Below the pieces are notes generated by a model that saw only the letters and a program-made list of their open reading frames with translations, ran no database searches and was not told the DNA's origin. From Perna viridis (lineage: Eukaryota), in contig CM074514.1 of assembly GCA_037379345.1 (NCBI GenBank), positions 50,096,001 through 50,160,000 of the forward strand: 64,000 bases of DNA. Direction: 5' to 3'. The position numbers and the translations under genes were made by a program. This document shows, one piece after another, positions 48,968-60,974 of this stretch (positions are counted from its first letter, which is position 1; every line of letters starts with the position of its first letter).

Positions 48968-50586
48968 TTACATGAGTTCCATACAATGAATTTTTATATC
49001 AGCGTAACATCCAACCCACTATTTACATTCACGATCAATATCAATAGTGGTTGGATACTCAATCCCAATGGCCTCCTCGATCTGATGACAGACAATGACC
49101 TGTCCAGACTGGTTCAGTATATGTATGTATATATTCAACCAGTCCGTAACAAGAACCATACCCGTAGAGGTCACTGTGAAGTCAAAAGAAAAAAATTGAT
49201 CTCCTTCTACTTGACATAAACCACTATATACCCACTTGATTTGTCCCCTATAATCCAGTGCCACCACCCTTCCCTTCTTTACTTCACCTAAAGAACCAAT
49301 GTCTTGTGTATCAATAACTAAGATAATATCATTACAGGTAACAATCCTACATGGCCAGGTAAACAGTCTCTGATTGTCATTGTCATAATCATAGGTATGT
49401 TTTATGTCACCTGACTGATTCAGAACCACAACTTTTCTGACACTCGTGGGTTTGACATCTATATTCCCTGATTCAGTCAGTCCTACTACTAGTTCCTTTT
49501 GTTTATTTATATGAACCCTAATGTCTTTAATGGAGAGAATGATTTGAAGGTTTTCAATGTTCCATCTTTTTTATACAGCATTAAATTTTTATCCTTTGTT
49601 GATAAGTTCCCGATTCTCCTTCATTGTCATGTCATTTAGTTTTATATCTTCTGTTTTCTTCACTATCCTCATTATTAAACTGAACTGTTTGTAATTTGTT
49701 AAATTCATATGCAATGAATTTTGTCTTACCATTACTTGAAATTATTTTATAATTCCCTTTCAGTTCAGTTTGATAAGATTTCAATAACTTCAATGTGGGA
49801 ACTTTACAAATGTCACCAAATACTTTACTTGATGACAAATCCGAGATGTCACGGGGAGTGAATTTTATAAGTGTTGGATATATTTCATTGGTTGTTATCT
49901 CAGGTAACCATGTTTTCAAAGACGTGCCTAATGAGAAAACATCTTCAGCCAAGTGGGAACTCAGGACCTTCTCTTGTTCATCTTTCTTGGGTGAGAGGGC
50001 ATTTAGGTTACTTTTTGTCAAGGTTAGATCATCTTGTATTGGATTGAACATGGATTCTAGCTGTTCCAGCATGTCATGTGTAAATCAATGGTTTTTTTAA
50101 TATCTTCCTCGTTTTGCAAAATTTTAAGGTTTTGTTATGTCATAGTGTTGTTTTGAGTCAGTGTATACTTTCTGGATTTTGTCTTCATGTGACTTCAAAT
50201 GGGAGAACTGCTCATCGACTGCAACTTTGAACTCTAATCTTTTCAAGTAAATCTTCATAACTGCTCCAAAGATCATCAGTGTCACGAGATTTATGTGACT
50301 CTTTATTGCAGAGGGCACAAATTGCTACAGTACAGGACACGTTTCCTACTGTTATGTTTAGAGCAGGTAAGTTGCCCAGGTTCACTCTACGTTGTCTCTC
50401 TGCAGCGTCATCTGTTCCTGCTTCCTGATAGTTGATTATCTTATGCCCTTTTGAAGATTCAATTTTAGAATGTATGTTATTAGAGCATAATTGACACAGA
50501 TACAGGTTACAATCAATACTTTTCCAGCATATCTCAGATTTATGACAAAACTGGCACTTGGCAGGACTCTGGGCTCTATCAACCAT
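48968..50586 (-). pseudogene. Disrupted intronless B-box / coiled-coil / NHL beta-propeller (TRIM2/3/71-like, RING-less) gene
   Basis: B-box CQFC...C..YLCQLC...HSKI...GHKII. NHL-like C-terminus RLFTWPCRI...VVALDYRGQIKWVYSG...VLVTD...IHILNQSGQ. Split over several frames, with an in-frame TAG in ...DRECK*WVGC. 5' UTR acceptor near 50712. Confidence 0.8.
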
Positions 50587-51954
50587 TATTAGGTTGAATT
50601 AGTTTTATTTTGCCTAATTTTCTTTATTCGCCTTATATGTATAAAATTAGTTTTGTTAAATCTGGAATCGAACCTTTCTTTGAGTCGTACATTAAGGCCC
50701 TTTGTTTAACCTACAAAGAGACAAATGTGTTAATTTCTTTGTCTTGTGTGAGCAGATTTAAGAAAAAAGGGAAATGAAATTTCTGCAATGTGTTGGTTAA
50801 AAGTCACATATAGATATATAAATTCTTTTTCATGAGGGAAGTTTATAGTACTTCTGAAATCTGTAGGAAGTCCGAAAATAAAGATTTGCAGGAAATGTTG
50901 CCGAAAAATTTATATTTTAAATATTTTTGAAGGCTTTCTATTGTTCTCGGTGAAATAATGCAACAGAAATGCCCCAATAATAAGAAAAATCATTATAAAT
51001 ATGAATTTTATACCACAAATTTACCATAAGATTTTCATATTGAAATTTATTCTTAGTTTTACGATTTGATCCGAGATGAACGAGGAGCTTTTCCATGGTG
51101 TATTTCCCATTCCCATTTGTGACTATGTCATTTCTGTTTTTTTTTACCATAACTAAACTGAGTTTTGTGAGATGAAAGTTTTTGTACTAACAAATTAAGT
51201 GTTTACTATTAAAACAAATCTTTAAATATATTTAGTTAACTAGTTTGAAAGCTACCACTACATTTTTTAGTAAGTTTTGTTCATGTAAACTAAAAAAACT
51301 TATGAGCAATGCTCACTAAATTTATACCTACACTTTCCTGTTTGTTAAAATACATCTTATGACATCAAAAAAAATAATAAAAAGTCCGTAGCAATTTCTT
51401 TAATGCAATTGCGTTCAGTGATGTAGGAGTCACGGATAAGAGATGAGTAATCTCTGCGTAATAGATTAAGGAAGGATGAACACCACTGTCAGTATATACA
51501 TCTACTTTAAAAGGGGATGTTATAATAAAACATCGTACATGTACTAATTGTAATCACACTTAAATCCATTTTGAAGATGACGTTGGTCACATTTTCACCA
51601 AGCACAATGATTAAACAATTTATGAACAATGCTCTTATTTTTTCCCATTGAACTTTGATACGCAAAAATAATACACAGGCATTTATTTGTTCTGATAAAA
51701 AATATGAGTGCATGTTTGGTAATAGTCGGGTAGGCGGTAACGCATTAATAATAGTTGATAAACGTTTTCCTTTCATGTAACACATTTTGCCAACCAGGAT
51801 AACCTTCTTTATAGCTGATCTGATCCGAAAGAAAGAATATCGCTTGGCTAGATCCTTTAATCTCAGTTTCAGATGGATACATCATAACGATCCACGAGTT
51901 CATGATGACGACCATAAAACTTCTGTAGTGATGACTTCAATCTGGTAGCAATAT

Positions 51955-52310
51955 AACCCTGTTCCAGAAGCCTATTTGTTAGAGTTTTAGCACGATACAA
52001 AAAGTCTGCGTACTTTCGGCAAGCTCTGGCATAACGCATGAGTTGTTATATGAACACTCCATACGCAGGAGCCGAAGGGATGTTGCCACAAATGAAAGGA
52101 AAGTTAACAATTCTGAATGAAAAGTCATCATGTTTGTCGTAAAGTTTGGTCAATAGTTTTCCTTTACCATCGATTTCTAATTGTAGGTCAAGATATGAGG
52201 CTGACTTTACAGTGTCTGTAGTATCCTTTATCTCAAATTCCTTTGGGTAGATGCGATGTATCAAATCCCCGAAATTAGGATTGTTTAAAGATAATACGTC
52301 ATCTATATAG
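51955..52310 (-). mobile_element. Penelope-like RT fragment
   Basis: YIDDVLSLNN...IYPKEFEIKDTTD...SASYLDL...TKLYDKHDDFSFRIVNFPFICGNIPSAPAYGV...RYARAC. Confidence 0.75.
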
Positions 52311-53815
52311 ATGAAAAAATGTGTTATACATGTTTTACTTGTATAGCGAATCTAATTTATTTTTTAAATGAATATCTTAATACATGTATTTTTCTACCAA
52401 CAATTAACATTTTTGAGTGTCTGGCTTGCTGTTATTGATAGTGTTGTTAATTGAATTATTTTGATTGTAACCTGCTCTTTGTATGACTGTCTCTTTGCAA
52501 ATGGATTTTCCCTCGTTCTTTTGATTGTGAACTGCTCCTGGTATGTTTTTCCATATTTGATATGATAAATCAAAAATGAATTGAGGGAATTTAATAACTT
52601 ATGCTATCTCTTCCAGAGCACATGATATCACTCCTCCATTATTTGTGGGAGTTGCTATATATAGACCTCGATTATTGTCCTTTGTGGCAATATCATTTCT
52701 GTAAATGAATTGGGTAATTGCTGGCACATCAGTATCCTCAAATTGGTCTCTCTGGCCTCAAATATATTCAAACCATCTGTACAACAACCGTAATATTATT
52801 TAAATTAACCCTGATGCAACTGTAACAGAGATATGTTTTGACTGCTTATAAAAGGTAAGAGTCGGAATATTTGTCAGCAATTTTTCCATAGTTAAATTCA
52901 ACTAAATCCGTGGGTTAATTCTGGAGTTTAATCTATGAGGTATAAATACTTGGATAATCTAATAGTGTCTACATTTTTTTTCTTTTTGTTCACGTGTCGA
53001 TCACACCTTATACTCATTTTGCCCGATCTTGGACAGAAAATTACTTAAAAATAAATGTGTATAAATTAATTCGAGATAAATACTGTAATCTGACTGGTTA
53101 AAAATGGATAAAAAAATATTGACACGCCCCTATTCAGTTAAATTCAGAGCTACTTTTCTCATGTTTAAAGATAAAAAATATGTTTAAAAATTAATTTATA
53201 AGAATTGGCGATAATAAAAACTTGAATAAGTGTACTTCGTAAGTTGTCCAGTTCATATATATTTTAACACGAATTTTCAGTCCGTTTGGTAAAAGTACGG
53301 CCCAAATAGTGAAAATAACATGCAAGTGACACAAAATTACGATTTCATAGGTCTGAAAATCTTAAGTATGGTTCTTGATTGCTTTGTAAGGCGTTCTTTC
53401 GCAGAGGTATAAACTGGATTCCTGTTTATAATAGCTTAACTTATTTCTCAGAAAAAAAATATGCAGTTAACAGGAATATGCAATAAAAAGAAATGATAAT
53501 TTTCCAGAGATTTTACCTAATATTTCCAATGTTTAAGTGGGATATATTATTTTCTCATGTTTATTTAGATTTGTGCCTTAAGTCTATTCAAAGGAAAAAG
53601 AAAATATTGTAATAAAAAACAACCATTTTTAGAAAAGTGAGATATTTCATTAACAATGTACTATGCTTATTTTACACATTTTGGTTCATTTTTTAGTAAA
53701 TTTTAAAAAGTAATTATGCTGTTAGCAGTTTAATTTTGAAGCTTGTTTTTTTTTTACAAGCAAACAGTTTCAAGAATCTTTTAGGATAGTTGCAAATTAC
53801 CGGGTTGTTCGATAC

Positions 53816-54174
53816 TGTAATTTCTCAAGCTAGGGAATGGTTGCAATCCCTGGAACAGGTGGTTTGTAACTATCTATGGGTTTGCTTGAAACATAGTGTT
53901 TCAAAGACAAGGTGTCTCAGAAACAAGGTGTTCCGGGGCTAGGTGTCCCGGGAGCTAGTCAGCTTCAGGAACTTGGGTTAAGGCTAAGTGGTTAATTGAT
54001 TTACTTAGTGTATGTGTTTGTTGTTTAGGTTTCAGGTTTTATTGGTTGTTCGATTCATTTAGAACAATCAAGTTTTAATATGTGTCATAAATATTGAAGC
54101 ACCTCAGAATCTGTGAAAACAGATACGAACGGCATTTTGAATTTGAAGTATTCAAACATGCCGAAAACGTTACA
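53816..54174 (+). repeat. Putative 5' LTR
   Basis: TGTAA...GTTACA ends, immediately before the PBS. Left boundary unconfirmed because there is no second LTR to compare. Confidence 0.45.
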
Positions 54175-54179
54175 TAATT

Positions 54180-54199
54180 TGGTGGCAGCAAGGTTGGAT
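54180..54199 (+). promoter_or_regulatory. Primer-binding site, probably tRNA-Leu
   Basis: TGGTGGCAGCAAGGTTGGAT resembles the complement of a tRNA-Leu 3' end (TGGTGGCAGCGGTGGGAT), 5 nt after ...TTACA. Confidence 0.6.
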
Positions 54200-55149
54200 C
54201 TGATAAATTTCATTATTTTATATGCATTGTTTGATAGAATATATGCTTGCAAGAAGCAATTCAGTCCTTGAATGGACGTAGTCTAAAAGAATAGAGATTA
54301 TTCTGATTCTGTTCTTAACACAAACTACATCACACAAAGACGAAAGAAGGCTGTACTTAAGTCAGAAGACCCAACTGAAAAGGAAAGTAGCTCTTTCCCC
54401 AGAAACAGAAATGTTGTAAAGCCCGCAACCCATGACGGGAAGAGGCCGTGGGTGGATTACAAGTCCCATTTTGATGCATGTTCAAGTATAAATGATTAGT
54501 CAGACACTGAAAAGGGTTTGTATCTGGCCATGTCATTAACGGGACAAACCCAGGGGGTTCTACAAAATTTGTCTGAAGATCAAAGGCAAAATTATAAAGA
54601 GCATGTAAGGTCTCTTAAGGAGAGGTTTACTCCTGCAAACCAGACTGCTGAACTTTATCGAACACAGTTGCGAGGACGCCATCAAAAAGCAGCGGAAAGC
54701 CTTTCTGAGCTAGGCCAGTACATAAGGCGCTTAGCAAGCCTTGCTTATCCAACAGCTTCCAAATGAAGTTCGTTAAACACTTGCCAAGGAGCAGTTCATT
54801 GACGGACATAAAAGTGTTGACATGAGACTTCAAGTTAAACAAGCTAGACCATCAGACTTAAATGACGTCATACAATATGCCGTCGATAGAAGCTTTCAAT
54901 ACAGCAGAGCTTAAGAGAAAATAAAAAAAGAGTTTCTTAAGGACTACCGCACTTGACAGCGACTCTGTCGCGACAAACTATAGGACGTTACATCTACTCT
55001 AGAATACGCAAACAGCAAGACAAACTATAGTACGTTAGATCTTCTCGAGAATACGCAAACAGCACTGATTGATTTGCAGAAAGAAGTAAAAACTTTGAAG
55101 GAAAATTCCAATTGGTCTGAAAAGTTTCTATTTAGAAGGAATAATAGAT

Positions 55150-55560
55150 TTTTGTATTTAAAAACGACTGGGTCGATTCCACTGCTTGTGGACCTGAGGT
55201 CCCCGAGGGTATTCACCAACCCAGTAGTCAGACTTGCCTGACCCCGAAGAATATCATATTACATCTACCCTATTTATGAAATCCTATTTAAACAGTATTC
55301 CAAATTTAAAAATACGTGAAACACAGAGGCTTCATTTCTTGCATTGCATATGGTAAAACCTCTCGGTGATGGATTTGACTTCCTCTTCGATAGTTTTGGT
55401 TGTGAGTACTTCTTATGTATGTAAGTAATATTTTATTATGAACTTAATACATAACCTACATATTTATTTAGGTGCTGCTGATGAAAGGTTACTCCTTGAA
55501 ACACATGTACAGCATATCGATATTTACAATATCTAAAACTGGTATTTTTTTGTATTTTAA
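55150..55560 (+). mobile_element. ~400-nt retrozyme-like insertion in Gypsy gag
   Basis: Non-coding segment between gag coiled-coil sequence and the CCHC knuckle, bounded by TTTTTGTATTT(T)AAA direct repeats, containing a hammerhead motif. Confidence 0.6.
55472..55515 (+). ncRNA. Minimal type I hammerhead ribozyme
   Basis: Stem I GTGCTG/CAGCAT; core CTGATGA; stem II AAGG-TTACT-CCTT; GAAA; short stem III (A)C-ACAT-G(T); GUA cleavage triplet at 55507-55509. Confidence 0.85.
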
Positions 55561-58500
55561 AGGACAAGGAAAGCCCGATGTTTTAAATGTGGGAAATTTA
55601 ATCATTTCAAGAAAGATTGTCAGGAAAGTAGGGTAACAAGTGAAAAAGAAAGTACAACTAAGGCTCAGGAAACCACATCTGGGAAAAAGAATGGGAAAAT
55701 ATGGGTGAACAAACTGGCCACTAAAGCCGGAATGTTCATTCAATGGTACCAATGCAAAAATGTTGATTGATGTTGACTCACATATCAAAGAAATTGTTTG
55801 ATAGCATTCATTCGCATGTAATGACACAAATGAACAGAGAGATACTGACTGCCAATGGTTCTCTTTTGACTTTATTTGGGAAAACCATAATTGGTATAGC
55901 CATTAATGGATATGTCTGTTCAAACATAGCTGTAGTGGTTGAGCTCACCATCGACGGTATATTGGGAATCGACTTTCCAAAATTGTGTTATCGATGTTAC
56001 TAAAGGTCTTTCAGTTAAAGGTGCAGAAACCCGTTTACAGTTTCAAGATCAGATAGGTTGTTATAGGGTATTTAGCAGAGACGGTAAATTTGCCCCCACG
56101 TAGTGAAGTACTAGTGTCTGGGACCGTCAAGGAACATTTTTTTAATTAAGAATTTGGTATTGTTCAACCAACACAAGAATTTGTAGATTCAAATAAAGGT
56201 TTTAGATTTATGATGAAATTCAAACAATTAATGAAAGAACTATAGTAGGACAACTACATCCTGTCGAGGAGGTAATTACACCAGAACCTATGGGTGACAG
56301 AACACACTATCCTCTCATATCCAGCAACTGTATAATAATACAGTTAAAGATTTGTCTGAAAACAAAAGAAAACTGGTTAAAACTTTCCTTGCCAAATATT
56401 CAGACGTGTTTTCGAAAACAGATTCTGAATTAGGCAAGACCACTGTTGTTAAACACAGCGTCAAGACAAATGAAGTCAGACCGCACAAAGAACCACCAAG
56501 ACGGGTTCCATTTCACTTATAACCTGAGGTTGATAATACAATTGATGACATATTGGAAAAGGGCATCATTGAGTCATCTGTTACTCCATGGGCCTCAGGT
56601 GTTGTTTTAGTGATGGCTCTACATGGTTTTGCATAGACAATCGTATGCTTAACAGCTTAACAGTCAAGAATGCATATCCATTTCCAAGAATCGATGATTT
56701 TCTTGAACAACTTTTCTGTTTCTGTTTAAATGGTTTCCTACTCTGGATTTGTGTTCTGGGTACTGGCATGTAGAGATGGAAGCCTTAGACAGGTTCAAGA
56801 ATGCGTTTGCAACACGAAAGGGTTTGTTTCAGTTCAGAGTACATTGTATTTCCCTTCGGATTGTGCAATGCTCAAGCCACTTTTGAGAGGCTGATGTAGA
56901 CAGTACTTGCAGGTTTGCAATGGGAGTTATGCTTAATATATCTTGACTATATCATTGTGTTTGCAAACAGCTTTGAGGGGATGTTGAAAAAATTGGCATT
57001 AGGTTTGATAGATTGAGATCGGCTGGATAGAAGCGTAAACCACGAAAATGAACGCTATTTGCTACAGAGGTAGAGTATTTAGGTCACGTTATATCTGAGA
57101 ACGGGGTCTTTACCGATCCACAGAAAATTGAAATTGTAAAGAACTGGCCCACTCCATCAAACGTAACTGATGTAAGATCATTTCTGGGTTTCTGTAGTTA
57201 CTACAGACATTTCATCGCGAGTTTTTCAGCTGTCGCGAAATCCTTTCACAGACTTACAGAGAAAAATAAGAAGTTTGATTGGTCATATGAATGTGATGAA
57301 GATTTCCTAAAGCTGAAAGAGTGCCTAACCACAACACCCGTCCTTGCTCATCCTGATTTCATCCATATTCTATACTGACGCAAGTGGCACAGCCATTGGT
57401 GCTGTACTTTCCCACATTAAAGACAACACTGAAAAAGTTATCGCTTATGCCAGCAGAAGGTTGTCAAAATCAGAGCGTAAATACTTTGTTACAAGAAGAG
57501 AACTTATTGCAGTGGTTAATTTTTCAATATACTTCAAAAACTATCTTTACGGCAAAACCTTCAAAATTCGTACATACCATATTTCGCTTCTGCAAGATGG
57601 TTAAAGGTCCTGTCATCTTACGACAAGAAAATCGAGCATATACCAGGTGTCAAACATAGAAATGCCGATTCTCTTAGTCGATTACCTCTCAAACAATGTG
57701 ATCATTGTAATGTTGTGAGAAGCAAAGATACAGGGTATTTATAGGACATTCACTGTCAGAATGGTAAAGGGTCAAACAAAACCTCATTGTTTCTGAGCTC
57801 TAAGAAGCTCAGAGTTCGGATAAGGACATAAAAATGGTAAAGGAATGGTTAGAAAGAAGTCAAAGACCATCCTGTGAAGAGGCTTATGACAACTATTTTA
57901 TGCGAAGCCTTTGGACACAATTTAACCAACTTTTTATTGGGGATGAATTGATTGGTAGGGTCTGGCAGATCATGGGTACAAAGATAATTTATCGTCAAGC
58001 GTTAGAGTTAGACACCTTAGAGTTACAAAAATATTAGGTAAGATAAGGCAAACGTTTTAATGGCCTGGTCAACAAGATGATGTATGATGGTATTTCGCGG
58101 GCTGTGAAAAATATGCAAAGCGCAAGTGGCCATTGCAAAAGAAACGTGCTCCTATGCAGATAGTTCAAGCAGGCGTGCCAATGGAGAGAATAGCTACTGA
58201 CATTTTAAGTGAACTACTACCTGAAACGGAAAACCATAACAAATATATGGCAGTTACTTCAGACTACTTCACTAAGTGGACTGAGGCATTTCAAATGCCA
58301 AAGATGAAAGCTCGAACTATGGCCAAGATTCTTGTTGAAGAAGTAGTAGCTCGTTTTGGGATACCGTATTCTATACATTCAGTTCAAGATGCACAATATG
58401 AAAGCAACTAGTTTGCAGAAATATGTAGTCTCTATGAAATTGCCAAGACGAGAACTACACTATATCATCCTAAGTCCGATGGTCGAAAGGTTTAATCAAA

Positions 58501-60069
58501 CCCTAGAAGTCACGCTCAGTTCCTATGTACAGGAACATCAAAAGGATTGGGATACACATTTGCCATACGTGATAATGGCATATAGAGCTGCAGAGCATGA
58601 AACCACAGGAGCAACTCCAAATTAACTCATGTTTGGGCGTGAAACAACATGCCTCTTGATCTGATTTCTAGTATGCCTCCCTGTGTGAAATCAATGTCTG
58701 TCAACCAATGTAGATGTGAACTAAAGGAGCGTCTAGAAGATGCCCATACATTTGGCAGGGCTCATACACAGAAGGCTATTTTACGACAAAAAACGTATCA
58801 TGATGAAAAGTTGTTCTGGGGAAGTGTGAAAAGGGAGATGAGATTTACGCATGTTTTCCTCATAGAGGGGTTGGTTGTTCTCCCAAACTTACATCATTTT
58901 GGAGGGGTCCATTTAAAATTTTGAGGAAAGTATCCAATGTATTGTAAAGGTTAAAGGAGAAAATATCTCAAAAATTGAGAGGGGAAGATTCTGATTCCTC
59001 TTATATGAAACAGGACTCTGACCAAGAGGACCAATGTGATATTGAGGAACAAGTTGTTTCTGAGACTAGAAAACAACTGCACTCGAGACGAGAAGTGCGT
59101 CGTCCTGAACGATACCAGGATTTCGTCTATGATTTCTAGATATTATTTTGATGAACATTGCATTGCATATATATTTAGTTTTAGAAGTTGAAGCTCTAGA
59201 ACCATTTGTATGATCGGATTCCTATTTTATTTCCAATCTCTCTATATTTTACCAAGAGGTGAAGATTGTTGTAAAGGAGACAGGCCCCATATGTAAAAAG
59301 GACTGTAGTGACAGTGATGACTTGACGAACTACGTTCTTGTTTGTGCTCAAGAGAAGAGCAAAATCACATGTTTCCTGTGCAACCAGAAAGTGGCATACT
59401 ATCGGCGCCATATGGCGAAGTTCCACCAACATAGGAATGTGGACATTGTTGATGTACCAGCTGTCAACGAAAGTGAAGACAGAGAGTCCGAAGAATTGGA
59501 TAGATCTTCCTCTGAGGATGGATCTTCTTCAGAGAGAGTTGATAGGTGAGATATGGGATAGTGAAAGTTCCGAAAAGGATAAGGAGTCAAACCTTCTGAA
59601 AGAAGACAGTGCCAGTTCCCTCGTGGAAGGCAGAATTACCAGGAAGCCACCAAAGCCAGCAAAAGTATTTACCCCATTAAAGAAGGTGGTATTTGAGCCA
59701 TTCGAGCCATGTTTAGAAAGAAACAAAGATGTGAGAAGTTGAGAAAGGTCAAAGTGTTGACTTTTTTGGTGACAATGAGCCAGAAACAAGTGTTCAGGAC
59801 ATGGCAAGACTGGAGTCCTACGCTGCGTCTAATGTTGCACAAGAAAGGAACATAAAGAGAACCTTTGTGGACAAGGCTGTACAGGTAGAGGGGTTACGGC
59901 GAAGAAAGTATATTAAAACTGTTACTAAGTATATTGAAAATAACAGGGAGGTAGAGCAGACAGTCTTCGAAGAATTCTGTACATATGATTAAATTTTGAT
60001 TCTATTTGCAGGGAGCAAACCAGAAATTATAGAAATAATAGGAATCTGTTGTTGTTGTTATTTGTACTA

Positions 60070-60150
60070 TGTGTCTTTTGGATGAAACGTAAAACCTATG
60101 TCCCATGTACAGGGAAACGTCACGCCCAGTGCATGTAAAAGAACCCTCAT
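60070..60150 (+). mobile_element. SINE fragment with a V-domain-like core
   Basis: TCTTTTGGATGAAACGTAAAACC...GTCCC...TGCATGTAAAAGAACCC resembles the recalled V-SINE central domain. Confidence 0.4.
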
Positions 60151-60796
60151 ATAAGCCATAAGTGTTTCTGGTCGAGGCTAAATTTCATAACTTGAATTTT
60201 TGATAAAACATTCTTTCACGGTGACAATCAAAATTGTTTCAATTTTTACAGGTCTTACTCTTGCAAAAGTAACTGGTATATGATGTTTAATTGGGTGGGT
60301 CATGTAAGCACGCATGAAATCGGAGTCGTGGGTAATGTGACAAAAAAGCAGTTTATTTATTAGAAATCAATTGCAGATTATTAAAATGCTCAAATTCATA
60401 ATAAGATATCTATTTGTTGATTTAGAGTCGGAAACATTATTGGAAATCATCACTTCACAGTTGCGGTTGTCAGGCACCGACCATTTTTATACTGAGGTGG
60501 GGCTTGGAATTTTCAATGTAGCTAAGCAATTTTTTTTTCTACTCCTCCTCAGTTTCTTGTATTTAGACCTTCTAACATACAAATCTTTCAATTCTTGTTG
60601 TATAACATGTCTATATATCAAGTAGCTAAAATTAGGCTAGCAAATCCTTTGGTTAGGATAAAAAATAAAGTCCTGCCAACCACCACATATTGATTAGGGT
60701 TGGATGAAATTTACTTAGCCTAAACAATACAATGCCTTGTCTGTAGCCAGAAATTGGACAAGGAGCTGCTTCTATTTTTATAAAACATAACAAATA

Positions 60797-60972
60797 ACGA
60801 GAATGTCTGGGACTTGTGCAGTCCATAGAAGCTTTTCCTGCGATAGCGTGAGAAAGTCTGGGATTCTTGCAGTCAAAGAAGCTTTCTCTGCGATAGCACG
60901 AGAAAATCTGGGACTCGTGCAGGCTGGGAAGTGTCCCTTGCGATAGCACACACAAAAAAAGACTCGTGCAGG
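60797..60972. repeat. 50-bp minisatellite, about 3.5 copies
   Basis: GCGATAGC at 60840, 60890 and 60940. Confidence 0.85.
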
Positions 60973-60974
60973 GT

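Larger units (their letters stand above)
53816..60020 (+). mobile_element. Decayed Ty3/Gypsy LTR retrotransposon (gag, protease, RT, RNase H, integrase, extra 3' ORF); 3' LTR not seen
   Basis: gag KPATHDGKRPWVDYKSHF...GLYLAMSL.GQ.Q; CCHC knuckle CFKCGKFNHFKKDC (~55579-55620); RT KNAYPFPRIDD, PFGLCNA.ATFERLM, LIYLDYIIVF; RNase H YTDASGTAIGAVL; integrase PMERIATDI, DYFTKWTEAF, MVERFNQTL. Order RT-RH-IN. Many stops and frameshifts. Confidence 0.92.

Noticed and set aside
55164-55233. Twister ribozyme assignment for the minus-strand hairpin (GUCCACAAGC resembles twister L4)
   Set aside because: The other twister elements (UAA cleavage loop, P4 and pseudoknot pairings) could not be placed.
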